A DNA stretch of 64,000 bases from an uncultured delta proteobacterium (GTDB lineage: Bacteria > Desulfobacterota > Desulfomonilia > UBA1062): assembly GCA_963752595.1 (NCBI GenBank), contig CAVVYZ010000008.1, positions 11,269 to 75,268 of the forward strand. Reading direction: 5' to 3'. The position numbers and the translations under genes are program-made. Positions 1-9,418 of this stretch are shown here, piece after piece (within the stretch, counting starts at the first letter, position 1; the number at the start of each line of letters is the position of its first letter). Under the pieces are notes generated by a model. It saw only the letters and a program-made list of their open reading frames with translations, searched no databases and had not been told where the DNA came from.

Positions 1-832
1 CTATGGCCATAATGCAATGAATCGTCTCTCCCGGTAGAAGGCTGACCGCCCTGGCGATTGTTCGGCTGGAATTTACGGCCTGGACGGCATAGCCGATCAG
101 ACAGCTGCCGAGTCCCATGGCATGCGCTGCCAGGCGGATATTCTGTGCAGCCAGCAGGGCATCCTCCTTCGGGCATCTCGATGCTTCAGCGGCACCCACC
201 ATCAGCGCGCTCGGCGCCCCATGGAAGACAACGTCCTTACCGGATTTATCCCAGTCTGCAAGCCGCTTTTCCATTATTTCATGGTATCTTGTATAATAAT
301 CTTGGAGTTTCTTCTGTCCCAGCACGTACAATACCGTACGTAAGAATCTGCTTTCCGAGAGGGCATTGATTCTACGAAAATACCTGACAGTATGTGCAGC
401 AAGGGCCTCAACCTGCTTTCTGTCCGGCAGGATCGTGAAGGTCCATTCCTGGCTGTTGGATCCCGAGGGGGCGGTAGTTCCGATCGTGACCAGATCCTCG
501 AGGATCTCTTTTGCTACGGGATTAAGCGAATATCTGCGGCAGGACCGAAGCGAAGACAAAAGCCGGACGATTTCAGCGGTATCCAAGCCCCCGTGCTCGA
601 TCCAATCTTCATTCACCTTATATGTTTTTGCCGTGAGCCGGTCCAGCGAGGTAACATTGATCGCCCCTACGGGGCATGCAGCCATGCAATGTCCGCAGTT
701 CAGCGAGCTCTTGCCGGTTACCCGCGCCTTTCCGTCCACCAGGGAAAGCGTTTCATAGGGACACACCCGGATGCACGACCCGCATCCAATGCACTTTTCA
801 CTATCGATGACCGTGTGTACGGCAAGCTCCAT
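1..832 (-). CDS. Nitroreductase family protein with N-terminal ferredoxin domain (runs off the window start)
   Basis: Manual translation from ATG at 832: MELAVHTVIDSEKCIGCGSCIRVCP...SLNCGHCMAACP...RSCRRY...APSGSNSQEW...AAHAMGLGSCLIG. Absent from the ORF track because no stop lies inside the window. Confidence 0.88.
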   Translation of the reverse strand, partial: MELAVHTVIDSEKCIGCGSCIRVCPYETLSLVDGKARVTGKSSLNCGHCMAACPVGAINVTSLDRLTAKTYKVNEDWIEHGGLDTAEIVRLLSSLRSCRRYSLNPVAKEILEDLVTIGTTAPSGSNSQEWTFTILPDRKQVEALAAHTVRYFRRINALSESRFLRTVLYVLGQKKLQDYYTRYHEIMEKRLADWDKSGKDVVFHGAPSALMVGAAEASRCPKEDALLAAQNIRLAAHAMGLGSCLIGYAVQAVNSSRTIARAVSLLPGETIHCIMAI

Positions 833-950
833 CTCCTTCTCCTTATCGGGAAATGATCATACCAGCAGTCTCATTCTTGTGAAAGGGGGAGCAGGATTCA
901 ATACTCGATGACGCTGATGATTTTAGAGACCGGGTCAAGCCATAAGCTTC

Positions 951-1565
951 TTACTTGAAGGAAAATGACCTTACTCCGATACTTTTCTGGACCCGCCCCA
1001 TGAGATGGAATAGACCGGCCACAGGGCTGAATTCGAATCCGAGCAGGCTCCAGGCAATGAACTCCATGACGAAACCGGTTTCCTTGACCGTGTCCATATA
1101 GGCAAACCGGGTTCTCGCAGGCCATGCGCTCATGTCCCCCTTCACCCAGACCGGATAGCCTGCCTGCGACAGAATAGAAGCCCAGACATCGACATCCCGC
1201 ACGAGGAATCCCAGGTGCTGGACAACGGCCCGGCCTCCGCGCTCGACGCACTGCCGGTAGAAATCAGATCCGATGCCCGGCTCCAGGAGCTCGATCTCGA
1301 GGCCCTGGTGGTACGCGATCCCCATCTTGCCGGTGAAGCTCTTCGGCTCGTTCCGTTCATGCCACGAATCGACACTCCCTCCCACGATGAAGAAGGGTCC
1401 GATCCCCTTGTCTTCGAGCTCGCGCGATGCCCTCTCGACATCGGGGACCACGAGGCCGAGCTGATGGAGCCCGGGCAGTGCAAACCTCTTCCTGAAATCG
1501 CTGCCGAGCGCATTTGCTGCCGATCCAAAGTCTGTAGTCTGCATCAGTTCATCAAAATAAATCAT
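951..1565 (-). CDS. VOC (glyoxalase/methylmalonyl-CoA epimerase-like) family protein
   Basis: LHQLGLVVPDVE, IELLEP, VQHLGFLVRDVD and MEFI metal-ligand pattern of the VOC fold. Confidence 0.8.
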   Translation of the reverse strand: MIYFDELMQTTDFGSAANALGSDFRKRFALPGLHQLGLVVPDVERASRELEDKGIGPFFIVGGSVDSWHERNEPKSFTGKMGIAYHQGLEIELLEPGIGSDFYRQCVERGGRAVVQHLGFLVRDVDVWASILSQAGYPVWVKGDMSAWPARTRFAYMDTVKETGFVMEFIAWSLLGFEFSPVAGLFHLMGRVQKSIGVRSFSFK

Positions 1566-1599
1566 ATTCCCCCCCGGAAAGGATCCTCACATGATGAGG

Positions 1600-2811
1600 C
1601 TAAAACCGTATCGCGGTTTTTATCGCCTTGTTCGGACCCTTGCTCATGTTGACCTGGATAAGTTCCTTGTATTGTTCGATGGGAAAGGTGTGGGTGAGCA
1701 TGTCTTCCACATGGAGCTTTTTCCTGTCCATGAGGTCGAGAGCGATCTCGAAGGCGTGTCTGCGACCATTTTCCGTATCGTTGTAGCCATAGCCGTAACA
1801 GCCCTTTATGGTCTGGAGCTTGAGCCACAAAGGCGTGGGATCGAAGGTCACCTTATTGCCGATCCCCACCAGGCTTATCGTCCCGCCTGCGGCAGTCACG
1901 ATCAGCGCGGTCTGGAGGGTAGGGGAGTGCCCGACGGTATCGAACACCCGGTCGAACCCGCCCTGAACGATACGCCCGCCGATCATGGGCTTGTAGGCCT
2001 TGGCGCCGGTGATCTTCTCCGCAGCCTCGATGATATTCCCCCGGACTACGTGATCGGCGCCCGAGCGTTTGACATACTCGCCGCTGAAGACCGAGGGCTC
2101 TGCCACGGTTATGGAACAGCCGATGTTTAAGCCCCGTATGGACTTGACGATCATGGCCCCGATCACGCCGCCGCCGATGACAAGGACCCTGTCACTGCCA
2201 CCCGGCTTGTTGTCCAGTACTGCCTGGAGACCGACAGCGAGAGGCTCGGTGAGCACTGCAGATTCGGGGCTTACCCCGTCCGGCACCCGATAGACCTGGC
2301 TTTTGTGCACTACCATGTATTCTGCGAACCCGCCGCCGATATCCTTGCAGATTCCGGTGAACATGCCGGGTGCGAACCCTCCTTCGGCATATTTTTCACA
2401 GCTGCCCGGACGTCCTGCGGCACAGGCAGGGCATTCCGGTGATATCCCACGGGCTGAGCAAGGCAAGCCCGGGTTGACGGTCACCCGGTCGCCTGCTGCA
2501 CAGGTATCCACGCGGGTGCCGGTCTGCGTCACCTCGCCGAAGATCTCGTGTCCGAAAACGCAGGGGAAAGAGGTAAAGGGGGAGGCCATGGGCGAGTCCT
2601 TTACCTGAAGGAGGTTCAGGTCGCTCCCGCAGAAACCGCAGAGCTTCATCCTGATCTTTACCCAGTCCTGGTTGGGCAGCGTCGGCTCGGGGACATCGGA
2701 GAGCTTGACCGTGGAAAACGGGCCCTCGTAAAAAAACTTCCTGTCCATCCTCCCGACTACCTGCAAAGCAAGATAGTTGGGCACGGTTATGTTGAACATC
2801 AGGGCCTTCAT
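1600..2811 (-). CDS. Zinc-binding (MDR) alcohol dehydrogenase
   Basis: CGSD, GHE, structural Zn Cys cluster (C..CPAC..C), EPLAVG, GGGVIG Rossmann motif. Confidence 0.92.
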   Translation of the reverse strand: MKALMFNITVPNYLALQVVGRMDRKFFYEGPFSTVKLSDVPEPTLPNQDWVKIRMKLCGFCGSDLNLLQVKDSPMASPFTSFPCVFGHEIFGEVTQTGTRVDTCAAGDRVTVNPGLPCSARGISPECPACAAGRPGSCEKYAEGGFAPGMFTGICKDIGGGFAEYMVVHKSQVYRVPDGVSPESAVLTEPLAVGLQAVLDNKPGGSDRVLVIGGGVIGAMIVKSIRGLNIGCSITVAEPSVFSGEYVKRSGADHVVRGNIIEAAEKITGAKAYKPMIGGRIVQGGFDRVFDTVGHSPTLQTALIVTAAGGTISLVGIGNKVTFDPTPLWLKLQTIKGCYGYGYNDTENGRRHAFEIALDLMDRKKLHVEDMLTHTFPIEQYKELIQVNMSKGPNKAIKTAIRF

Positions 2812-2815
2812 GTCG

Positions 2816-4490
2816 TCACTCCATCTTCAGCGACTGGTAGAAAAGCGGCGTTGCCGGACTCGTCACCGTGGGGTCGGTAATGACATTGATACAGGCCGGC
2901 TTGCCTGACTCGAAGGCCCGCTTCAGTGCGGGGATGATTTCCTCGTCCCTGGTGACGAGCTCGCCGTATCCGCCCAGGCCCTCCACCATCTTCTCGTACG
3001 GCCGGACGCCGAGCTCGCAGCACTGCAGCCGTGCAGGTCCGATGGAGAGCTCCTGGCTGTGCTTGATCATGCCCCAGGCCTGGTCATTGTTCACTACGCA
3101 CACCACCGGGATGTTATGCCGGACCATGGTGTCGAACTCCATGGAATTGAACCCGAAAGACCCGTCGCCGTTGAACAGGACGACCTTCTTGTCCGGCCGG
3201 GCCAGCTTGGCGGCCATGGCAAAGGGGATGCCCGTGCCCAGGCAGCCGAGAAGGCCTGCTGCCGTGGCCATGACCCCGGCCTTTTCCCTGGACTTGAATC
3301 CGGTGAGGCCGAAATACTGGGTATCGCCGCCGTCGATGACATAATCGGCGTCATCCCCTACAAATTTTTGGATCTGGGCCACCAGCCGGATGGGGTGTAT
3401 GGGATTGGAAGGCGATTCCCTCAGCTTGAGCTCGGTACCGAGGAAGGCATTGCTTGCGGCACGGAGGGTCTTTACCCAGGTACTGTGGTCGCTCCTTTGA
3501 ATGAGCGGGAGAAGCTGGCTGAGCACCGATGAAGCGTCACCCACCAGGCCCGCGTCGGCAACCCTGTTCCGGTCGATCTCGTGCGGGTCGATGTCGATGC
3601 GGACGACCTTGGTTCCGGGAGGAATGATCGCCCCGGACTGGAGGAGCCAGTTGAACCGGAATCCTGCGGCAACGATCACATCCGCCTGGGTTATACCCAG
3701 CTGGATGCCTACGTTGCCGATATCCCACAGGGACAAGGGGTGGTTGTCGGGAAGTTCTCCCCTCCCGTAATTCAGGAGAATGAAGGGGATGCCCGATCTG
3801 TCGACGAACTGGCTCAGAGCCGTGCTGCAGCCGCTTAGGCCAACCCCGCTGCCGCCGATGAACAGGGGCTTCTTCGCAGCATTGATGATCTCGGCTGCCT
3901 GATTTCAGATCCCGGTCATCCGGGTGTACCGTATATTTCCGTGTCATGCGCGTTGCCATGGCTACTTTGTCCAAGGGCACCTTGATGTTCAGGATATCGG
4001 GCGGAAGTTCGAGGAAGACCGGGCCGGGCCTTCCCTCTACGGCATGCCGGAAGGCCATGGCAAGATATTCGGGGATCCGCTTGGTTTCATAGCAGGTGGC
4101 TGCCCATTTGGTGATGGGCTTGACCACATCCATCTGGTTCATCTCCTGGAGCGCGCCTTTAAGGTCATCCCGCAATGGGTGCTTGCCGCACAGTACCACC
4201 AGGGGCGCATTGTCCAGATAAGCATTTGCGATGCCGGTAACGGCATTGGTGAAACCCGGGCCTGCAGTCACGAGACAGACGCCGGGCCTGCCCGTGTAGA
4301 TCGACTGGCATGGGCCATCATGGCCGCGGCCTGCTCGTGGCGGACGTCGATGGTGCGGATCCGGTACTCGGTGAAGCTGTCCAGGATTGCCTCGATATGA
4401 CCGCCGGATATGCAGAATACGGTATCGACCTTCTCAATTTCCTTCAGAGTATTTCCCAACCAGGTGGCCGCCCAGAATCTGTGTCATCAT
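2816..4490 (-). CDS. Thiamine-diphosphate enzyme, acetolactate synthase-like / 2-hydroxyacyl-CoA lyase-like (split by frameshifts)
   Basis: Collinear pieces 4268-4459 (DVRHEQAAAMMAHA), 3537-4271 (TAGPGFTN, GRPGPVFLELP) and 2816-3736 (GDGSFGF...NND ThDP motif). Start MMTQILGGHLV at 4490. Confidence 0.88.
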
Positions 4491-4561
4491 ATGCATCCCC
4501 CTCAATGGATTTTTATACGGCTCATGTCCTCTCTGAAACGGACGGTGCGTAAAGAAGCCGT

Positions 4562-4918
4562 CTACATGGTGAGCTTGACCCCGTCGTTGAACCACTGGAT
4601 ATAGTACGCCATGCCCTCTACCTTCAATTTCCCGTCTGCAGCTGCCTGGAACGTAGCTTCGTCACTGCCCTGGATCATGACACGGAAGCCGGTGCCCGAA
4701 TCCGACCAGACGAGCGCAGCATCGCAGGGATGGTTGGCTCCGCTTATGGAAGAAACCCTGCCCTTATCAAAAATGAAAAGTCTTCCCCATCTGCCGTTTG
4801 CGGTCTTAATAAGGATATTAAGCTTGACTGTGCCGATGTAGTTCCGGAAGGCCTTGTTCATCCTTGCAGCAGCCTGAAGCTTTAAGGATAAAACGAAGAG
4901 AAGCAGCGACAATCTCAT
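4562..4918 (-). CDS. Small SCP2/sterol-carrier-like protein
   Basis: 118 aa after a GAGGGGG RBS; C-terminal FQAAADGKLKVEG resembles the SCP2 signature. Confidence 0.55.
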   Translation of the reverse strand: MRLSLLLFVLSLKLQAAARMNKAFRNYIGTVKLNILIKTANGRWGRLFIFDKGRVSSISGANHPCDAALVWSDSGTGFRVMIQGSDEATFQAAADGKLKVEGMAYYIQWFNDGVKLTM

Positions 4919-5003
4919 ACATACCCCCTCTGTAACAGTTTGGTAGGAACGGAGACGCTGATCAGGGGCAGCACTGCGAGACAAGATTTATCAGTTCTCG
5001 CTG

Positions 5004-5987
5004 TCAGCTCTGACCATAGGTCTCTTTTACCCAGGCCCCTATCTTCTGCATTGCCTCGGGATAGGTGACCCTTGTCTTCCAGCCCAGCTCTGCCTTTGCC
5101 AATGTATTGTCGACATCGTTATTCCTGCCCGCGATGTCCACGGACATGCGTGAAACTGGCGGCCGGATATGCCCAGCGGGGTGCAGACGAGGTCGCACAC
5201 TGCCCCCAGCATCCGCGCAGGACGGTAAGGCAGGCTCCCGAAAGGCTTCTTCCCGATGAACGCCCCGAGATCGCTGATGTACTGCTTCCATGTCACATCC
5301 CAGTCATCCCTTAAGTGATAGGTCTTGCCCTTGCCGATATCCGATGCCGCTGCCAGGATTATTCCAGTCCACGAGGTTGTCCACATAAATGAAGCTCGAG
5401 CTGTGCCGGCCGCCGTCAATGAGCGGCATGGGCATGGCCTTCATCTTTTCGACGATATCGCGCACCCAGACGCTTCCCGGCCCGGTCACATTGGAAGGGC
5501 GGATGATGGTGCATGCAATGTTGCCTGCCTCGTGATGGCTCATGACGAGCATTTCCGTGTCGAGCTTGGCATCGTTGTAGGGGATACCGGTCTTGAATGC
5601 AGGGTCCGTCTCCCTGATGCCTTTCATATGGCGGCCCAATCCGATTGCCGCAATGGAGCTTATATATACGAATCTCCTCGCATTTCCTGCCGCCTCATCG
5701 ATGAGATGCATCGTAGCGTCATAAATGGCACGGTAAAACTGCTCTCTCGTGCCCCAGTCTGTCACACGCCCGGCAAGGTGGAATACCGTATCGATACCGT
5801 CGCAGACCCCATGCAGAGACGCTCTTTCAAGCAGGTCGCCATAGCGGATCTCAATGCCGAGCTTTTCCAGCGCGCCCGTATTCTCGCCGGGAAGGACCAG
5901 CGCCCTGACCTGGTATCCCTGCCTGATGAGCTCCCTGGTAAGGACCGTTCCGATAAAGCCTGTTGCACCGGTAACGAATGCTTTCAC
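5004..5987 (-). CDS. NAD-dependent epimerase/dehydratase (extended SDR, 3-beta-HSD-like), frameshifted
   Basis: VTGATGFIG, VFHLAG, YISS, YNDAK, IRPSNVTGPG. C-terminal pieces in ORFs 5039-5419 and 5004-5291 (AKAELGW). Confidence 0.88.
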
Positions 5988-6013
5988 CTCAACACCTCCT
6001 ACAAGATCATATC

Positions 6014-6094
6014 AATATGAGTTTAAGCTCATATTAAAATATATAAGAAAAATAACGGTTGTTGTCAAGGTAAACATGAGCACTCCCTCACATT
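6014..6094. promoter_or_regulatory. Divergent promoter region with two palindromic operators (AAYATGAG-N6-CTCAYATT)
   Basis: AATATGAG-tttaag-CTCATATT at 6014-6035 and AACATGAG-cactcc-CTCACATT at 6073-6094, flanking a minus-strand TTGACA (6063-6068). Plus-strand TTGACA at 6100-6105. Confidence 0.65.
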
Positions 6095-6164
6095 TATGAT
6101 TGACACATGCTTTCACGGGTATTAATTCATCTTGTGAGACTCTTGCTGAGTTCACTGTGTACTG

Positions 6165-6809
6165 ATGAAAAAAGATCCTGCAAAGAGATCGGATCATCCG
6201 AGGGGAGCTGTAATGCGCGTTCGTATTCCCAGGCAGAAACGGAGCATGGAACGAAAGATGAGGGTGATGGAAGCCGCCCGTGATTTATTTGCCGGGAAGG
6301 GGCTGAACGGCACCAGCTCGAACGAGATCGCCAGGGAGGCAGGTGTTTCCATCGGCACGTTCTACAACTATTTCGAGAATAAACGGATGCTCTTTCTCGA
6401 AATTCTTAAAAATCATCTCGAGACTTTTGTCACCGACATCTATACACTGAAAACCGATGATTCGATTTCCTTGAAGGACAACATCAGGGAGCATATACAA
6501 AAGGCCTTCGCGGTATTCGACCGCCATGCTTCTTTCCACAAGGAAGCCCTTGTCCTGAAATTCTCGGACCCGGACGTAAAAAAACTCTTCGATGAGGTCG
6601 AGCAGGAGCAGCTCCTCATCATCAGCGAGCTCGTCAGGCCCTATTGCAAAAAGAAAGACCCTAAAGATTTAAGGGAAGTATCCAAGGTCATGCACAGCGC
6701 AGTGGAAAACATCGCCCATTCCGTGAAGTTCCTCGATTCCCCCCTGAATACCGAGCGCCTTATCGATGAGCTCACCGAGATGATCTATCAGTATGTGAAC
6801 AGCTTTTAG
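6165..6809 (+). CDS. TetR/AcrR family transcriptional regulator
   Basis: HTH: AARDLFAGKGLNGTSSNEIAREAGVSIGTFYNYFENK. The start may be at 6213. Confidence 0.93.
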   Translation: MKKDPAKRSDHPRGAVMRVRIPRQKRSMERKMRVMEAARDLFAGKGLNGTSSNEIAREAGVSIGTFYNYFENKRMLFLEILKNHLETFVTDIYTLKTDDSISLKDNIREHIQKAFAVFDRHASFHKEALVLKFSDPDVKKLFDEVEQEQLLIISELVRPYCKKKDPKDLREVSKVMHSAVENIAHSVKFLDSPLNTERLIDELTEMIYQYVNSF

Positions 6810-6885
6810 AAGGCCGACGTTCGTCTGAATGGAATACTTTTGCGAATAAGAGTACCTCTAAACTTCCGAATCCGTCGGTCTTCTA
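6807..6885. terminator. Long imperfect hairpin between convergent genes
   Basis: TAGAAGGCCGACG (6807-6819) pairs with CGTCGGTCTTCTA (6873-6885), one G-U pair; inner stem TACTTTT/AAGAGTA. Confidence 0.45.
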
Positions 6886-6910
6886 TGCATGGTAACCAGC
6901 GCCTGGAGGC

Positions 6911-7663
6911 TTAAAACATCACTTCCAGGAAGCTGCCGACAGCTACATCCGGGCTGTCATCGTAAAGACCGAAAGAGATATACGGGGCAATCCGCAGATT
7001 GCGGCCGGCCATGATGCTGCCGCCCACGACCAGATCGAGTGTGTTGCGGGTCCCCTTTTGCGCATCTTCACCGACGAGCTCGATATTGAGGTCGAACTGA
7101 TTGTTCACGGGCAGGCCGTATCCGATGCCGAAGTTGAAATAGCTGTTGTTGTCGAAATCACCTCCCTGCACCCGATAGCCGAACTGGCCGTAGAGCAGGC
7201 CCGAAGCTATCTTCCGCTGCATGGGGACATTCACGAAAAGATCGAGGCCGTCATTGGCATACGGTGCGATATCGTCGTCACCCAGAAAGGTCGCTCCCGC
7301 CTGCAGGGCAATGGAGTCATTCACAGCCAGTTTGCCGAAGAGAGTCAGGCCTTCCAGTCCCGATTCGTCGGGAGCACCCGTATCTTCATCGGAATTGTCG
7401 CTGAAGGCGATAAAACCGCCAACCTCGGCTGAGTCACCTACGCCGTAGCGTATCCCAAACGGTGCAAAGCGCACGTTGTCATACTCAAGCCCTGCAATTT
7501 CCCGGTCGTCTTCAAGCGCCAGGCCCACATCCAGGGCTGCCCGGCCGGAAGGCAGCACGCTGACCCGTTCTATCTTCAGCGGCTGAACCTCTGCCAGAGC
7601 GGACGACCAACCTATCGCTGTCAGGGCCGCACTCACCATTACACCGATAATAAGCTTTTGCAT
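6911..7663 (-). CDS. Putative outer-membrane beta-barrel protein
   Basis: Signal peptide ending ALA-E, alternating hydrophobic beta-strands, C-terminal Phe (FLEVMF). Confidence 0.65.
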   Translation of the reverse strand: MQKLIIGVMVSAALTAIGWSSALAEVQPLKIERVSVLPSGRAALDVGLALEDDREIAGLEYDNVRFAPFGIRYGVGDSAEVGGFIAFSDNSDEDTGAPDESGLEGLTLFGKLAVNDSIALQAGATFLGDDDIAPYANDGLDLFVNVPMQRKIASGLLYGQFGYRVQGGDFDNNSYFNFGIGYGLPVNNQFDLNIELVGEDAQKGTRNTLDLVVGGSIMAGRNLRIAPYISFGLYDDSPDVAVGSFLEVMF

Positions 7664-7848
7664 TTTATATTCCTCCTCCTATGTAAATAAACATACTGTG
7701 TTTTTATACGGCGGCCGGCATCGAGCAAGGCTTTTATCAAGGGGATCTTTTTGCCATGCGGACGCTTTTCGTCGGCACTGGGCACATGTATTACCTTAAA
7801 ACAAGTAATAATGATTTTATGGTGTGATCTCAAGTGTTTCTTTGATTT

Positions 7849-8391
7849 TTAGTGCTCTTTCCCCAGTTTCCTTCTCGCCTTCCTGTACTGTGCGTCAATG
7901 ATCCATCTCACCAGCCAGGGGAGATGCCTGTTGATCCTCCACACAAACCCTGCATCCCCGGGAAAAATTCCATATTTCCCCTTGATTATCCCTTCCACGA
8001 ATATCTGTGCAACCTTCCTCGCGCTCAGCAGCTTTACCTTTTCCGACATAAGCGCACATTCTCCCGGCTTCGTCCGGTTCTCCATCTCGAAACCCGGAGT
8101 ATCCGTTTCCGGCGGGTACAGCACCGAAAAATGTATATTGTACGGCTTCAGCTCGTTCCGCAGGACTTCCGTGAAACCGACGATAGCAGACTGGGAGCTA
8201 TCACGCGTCAAATCCCTTATCTCACGGGCGGCATCTACCAGGGACTCCATATGCCTTGCAATGATGCATACGCTCCCACCAAGGAGTACGATTTCCCTGG
8301 CTCTCTCCTTCCCGATCCCCTTCGACCCGCCGCAGACCACGGCTGAGGTATTCTTCAGGGGCTGCCTTTTAGGATTATCTTGTTTTGCCAT
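7849..8391 (-). pseudogene. Short-chain dehydrogenase (3-ketodihydrosphingosine reductase-like) with in-frame internal deletion
   Basis: N-terminal CGGSKGIG and C-terminal YPPETDTPGFEMENRTKP are present, but the NAG and YxxxK segments are absent. Only 180 aa. Confidence 0.7.
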
Positions 8392-8421
8392 ACCTTCCTC
8401 ATTTTACGGTAAAAACTGCTG

Positions 8422-9252
8422 CTACTGCTTTTCCGGAAACAGCTCGGCAAATTCCTCCGGGTAGAGTTTTTTTGCGCAATCAGGGCAGATGCCGTGAGAA
8501 AACTTCGCCTCAGAATGATCTCGAATATACGACTCTATCTGTTTCCAATAGCCCTGATCATCCCGTATTTTCTTGCATGAGGCACAAATAGGCAACAGGC
8601 CGCTCAAGACTTTTATCTGGGCTATGGATTCTTTTAACTTCGCGGTTCGCTCTTCGACTTTCTGTTCCAACGTCCGGTTGAGTTCTGCCTTCTTTTCCAG
8701 CTCCTGCTGGGCGATATCGAGGGCACTGCCGGTTATGATGCTGTTCTGATAGGAGAGGCAAAGGATCATGATGGTGACAATGACACTGTTGAGCGTTCCC
8801 GAAAGGAGATGAAACTGAACCGAAGGCTGGGCATGGATTGAGGCAAATACGTATAATGAAATCGTAAGGATAAGGAATATAAGCGATACCATGACAAGGA
8901 TGCGCCGCGTGCCGAACATGGCGGTAAAGACCATGACCGCAAACATCAGAACGCTGAAGCTGTTCGCCCCTGTTTCGATCTGAATAGAGCTCCTCACCAG
9001 ATGCCCCATAATGGTAAGGGCAGTCACGATTATGATGATCATATATACGGCTGCAGGGTACTTCCCTTTCCGAATAAGCAGGGCCCCTGCAGTCAGAGAG
9101 ACAAAAAAGATCGCATCAATAACGAGAATCCCTGCCGGTTCACTCGAATTATTTCTCAGGATATTAATAATGAAATATAATGCAACGACGGGAAGTAAGA
9201 TGAGCCCAGAGGAGAACGGCTGCTTTTTGTCGAATGATGAAAGATGAGGCAT
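8422..9252 (-). CDS. Multi-pass membrane protein with coiled coil and C-terminal CxxC...HGICPDC domain
   Basis: About 6 hydrophobic segments, ELNRTLEQKVEERT signalling helix, LLPICASCKKIRDDQGYW...FSHGICPDC. Confidence 0.8.
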   Translation of the reverse strand: MPHLSSFDKKQPFSSGLILLPVVALYFIINILRNNSSEPAGILVIDAIFFVSLTAGALLIRKGKYPAAVYMIIIIVTALTIMGHLVRSSIQIETGANSFSVLMFAVMVFTAMFGTRRILVMVSLIFLILTISLYVFASIHAQPSVQFHLLSGTLNSVIVTIMILCLSYQNSIITGSALDIAQQELEKKAELNRTLEQKVEERTAKLKESIAQIKVLSGLLPICASCKKIRDDQGYWKQIESYIRDHSEAKFSHGICPDCAKKLYPEEFAELFPEKQ

Positions 9253-9333
9253 TATACTTTTCGAGGAAGATTATCGTTTAAATGGCGAGATAAGAGAGTA
9301 AATTTGAGAAGGCTACCCTATTCGTATTTTTCC

Positions 9334-9418
9334 ATGTGACTCTTGACCCCTCTATCAAGAGATACTAATGAAAATCACTATGTTTAATTCATTCATGAAA
9401 ACGCTCACCGGCCCGTGC
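9334..9418 (+). repeat. 85-bp diverged direct repeat, copy 1 (tilS leader plus first 17 codons)
   Basis: Ungapped alignment to 10858-10942, 66/85 identical by manual count. Confidence 0.8.

Noticed and set aside
9343-9371. Canonical sigma70 promoter within the tilS/mfd shared leader
   Set aside because: TTGACC is conserved in both copies, but no good -10 lies at 16-18 nt spacing, so I do not call a promoter.
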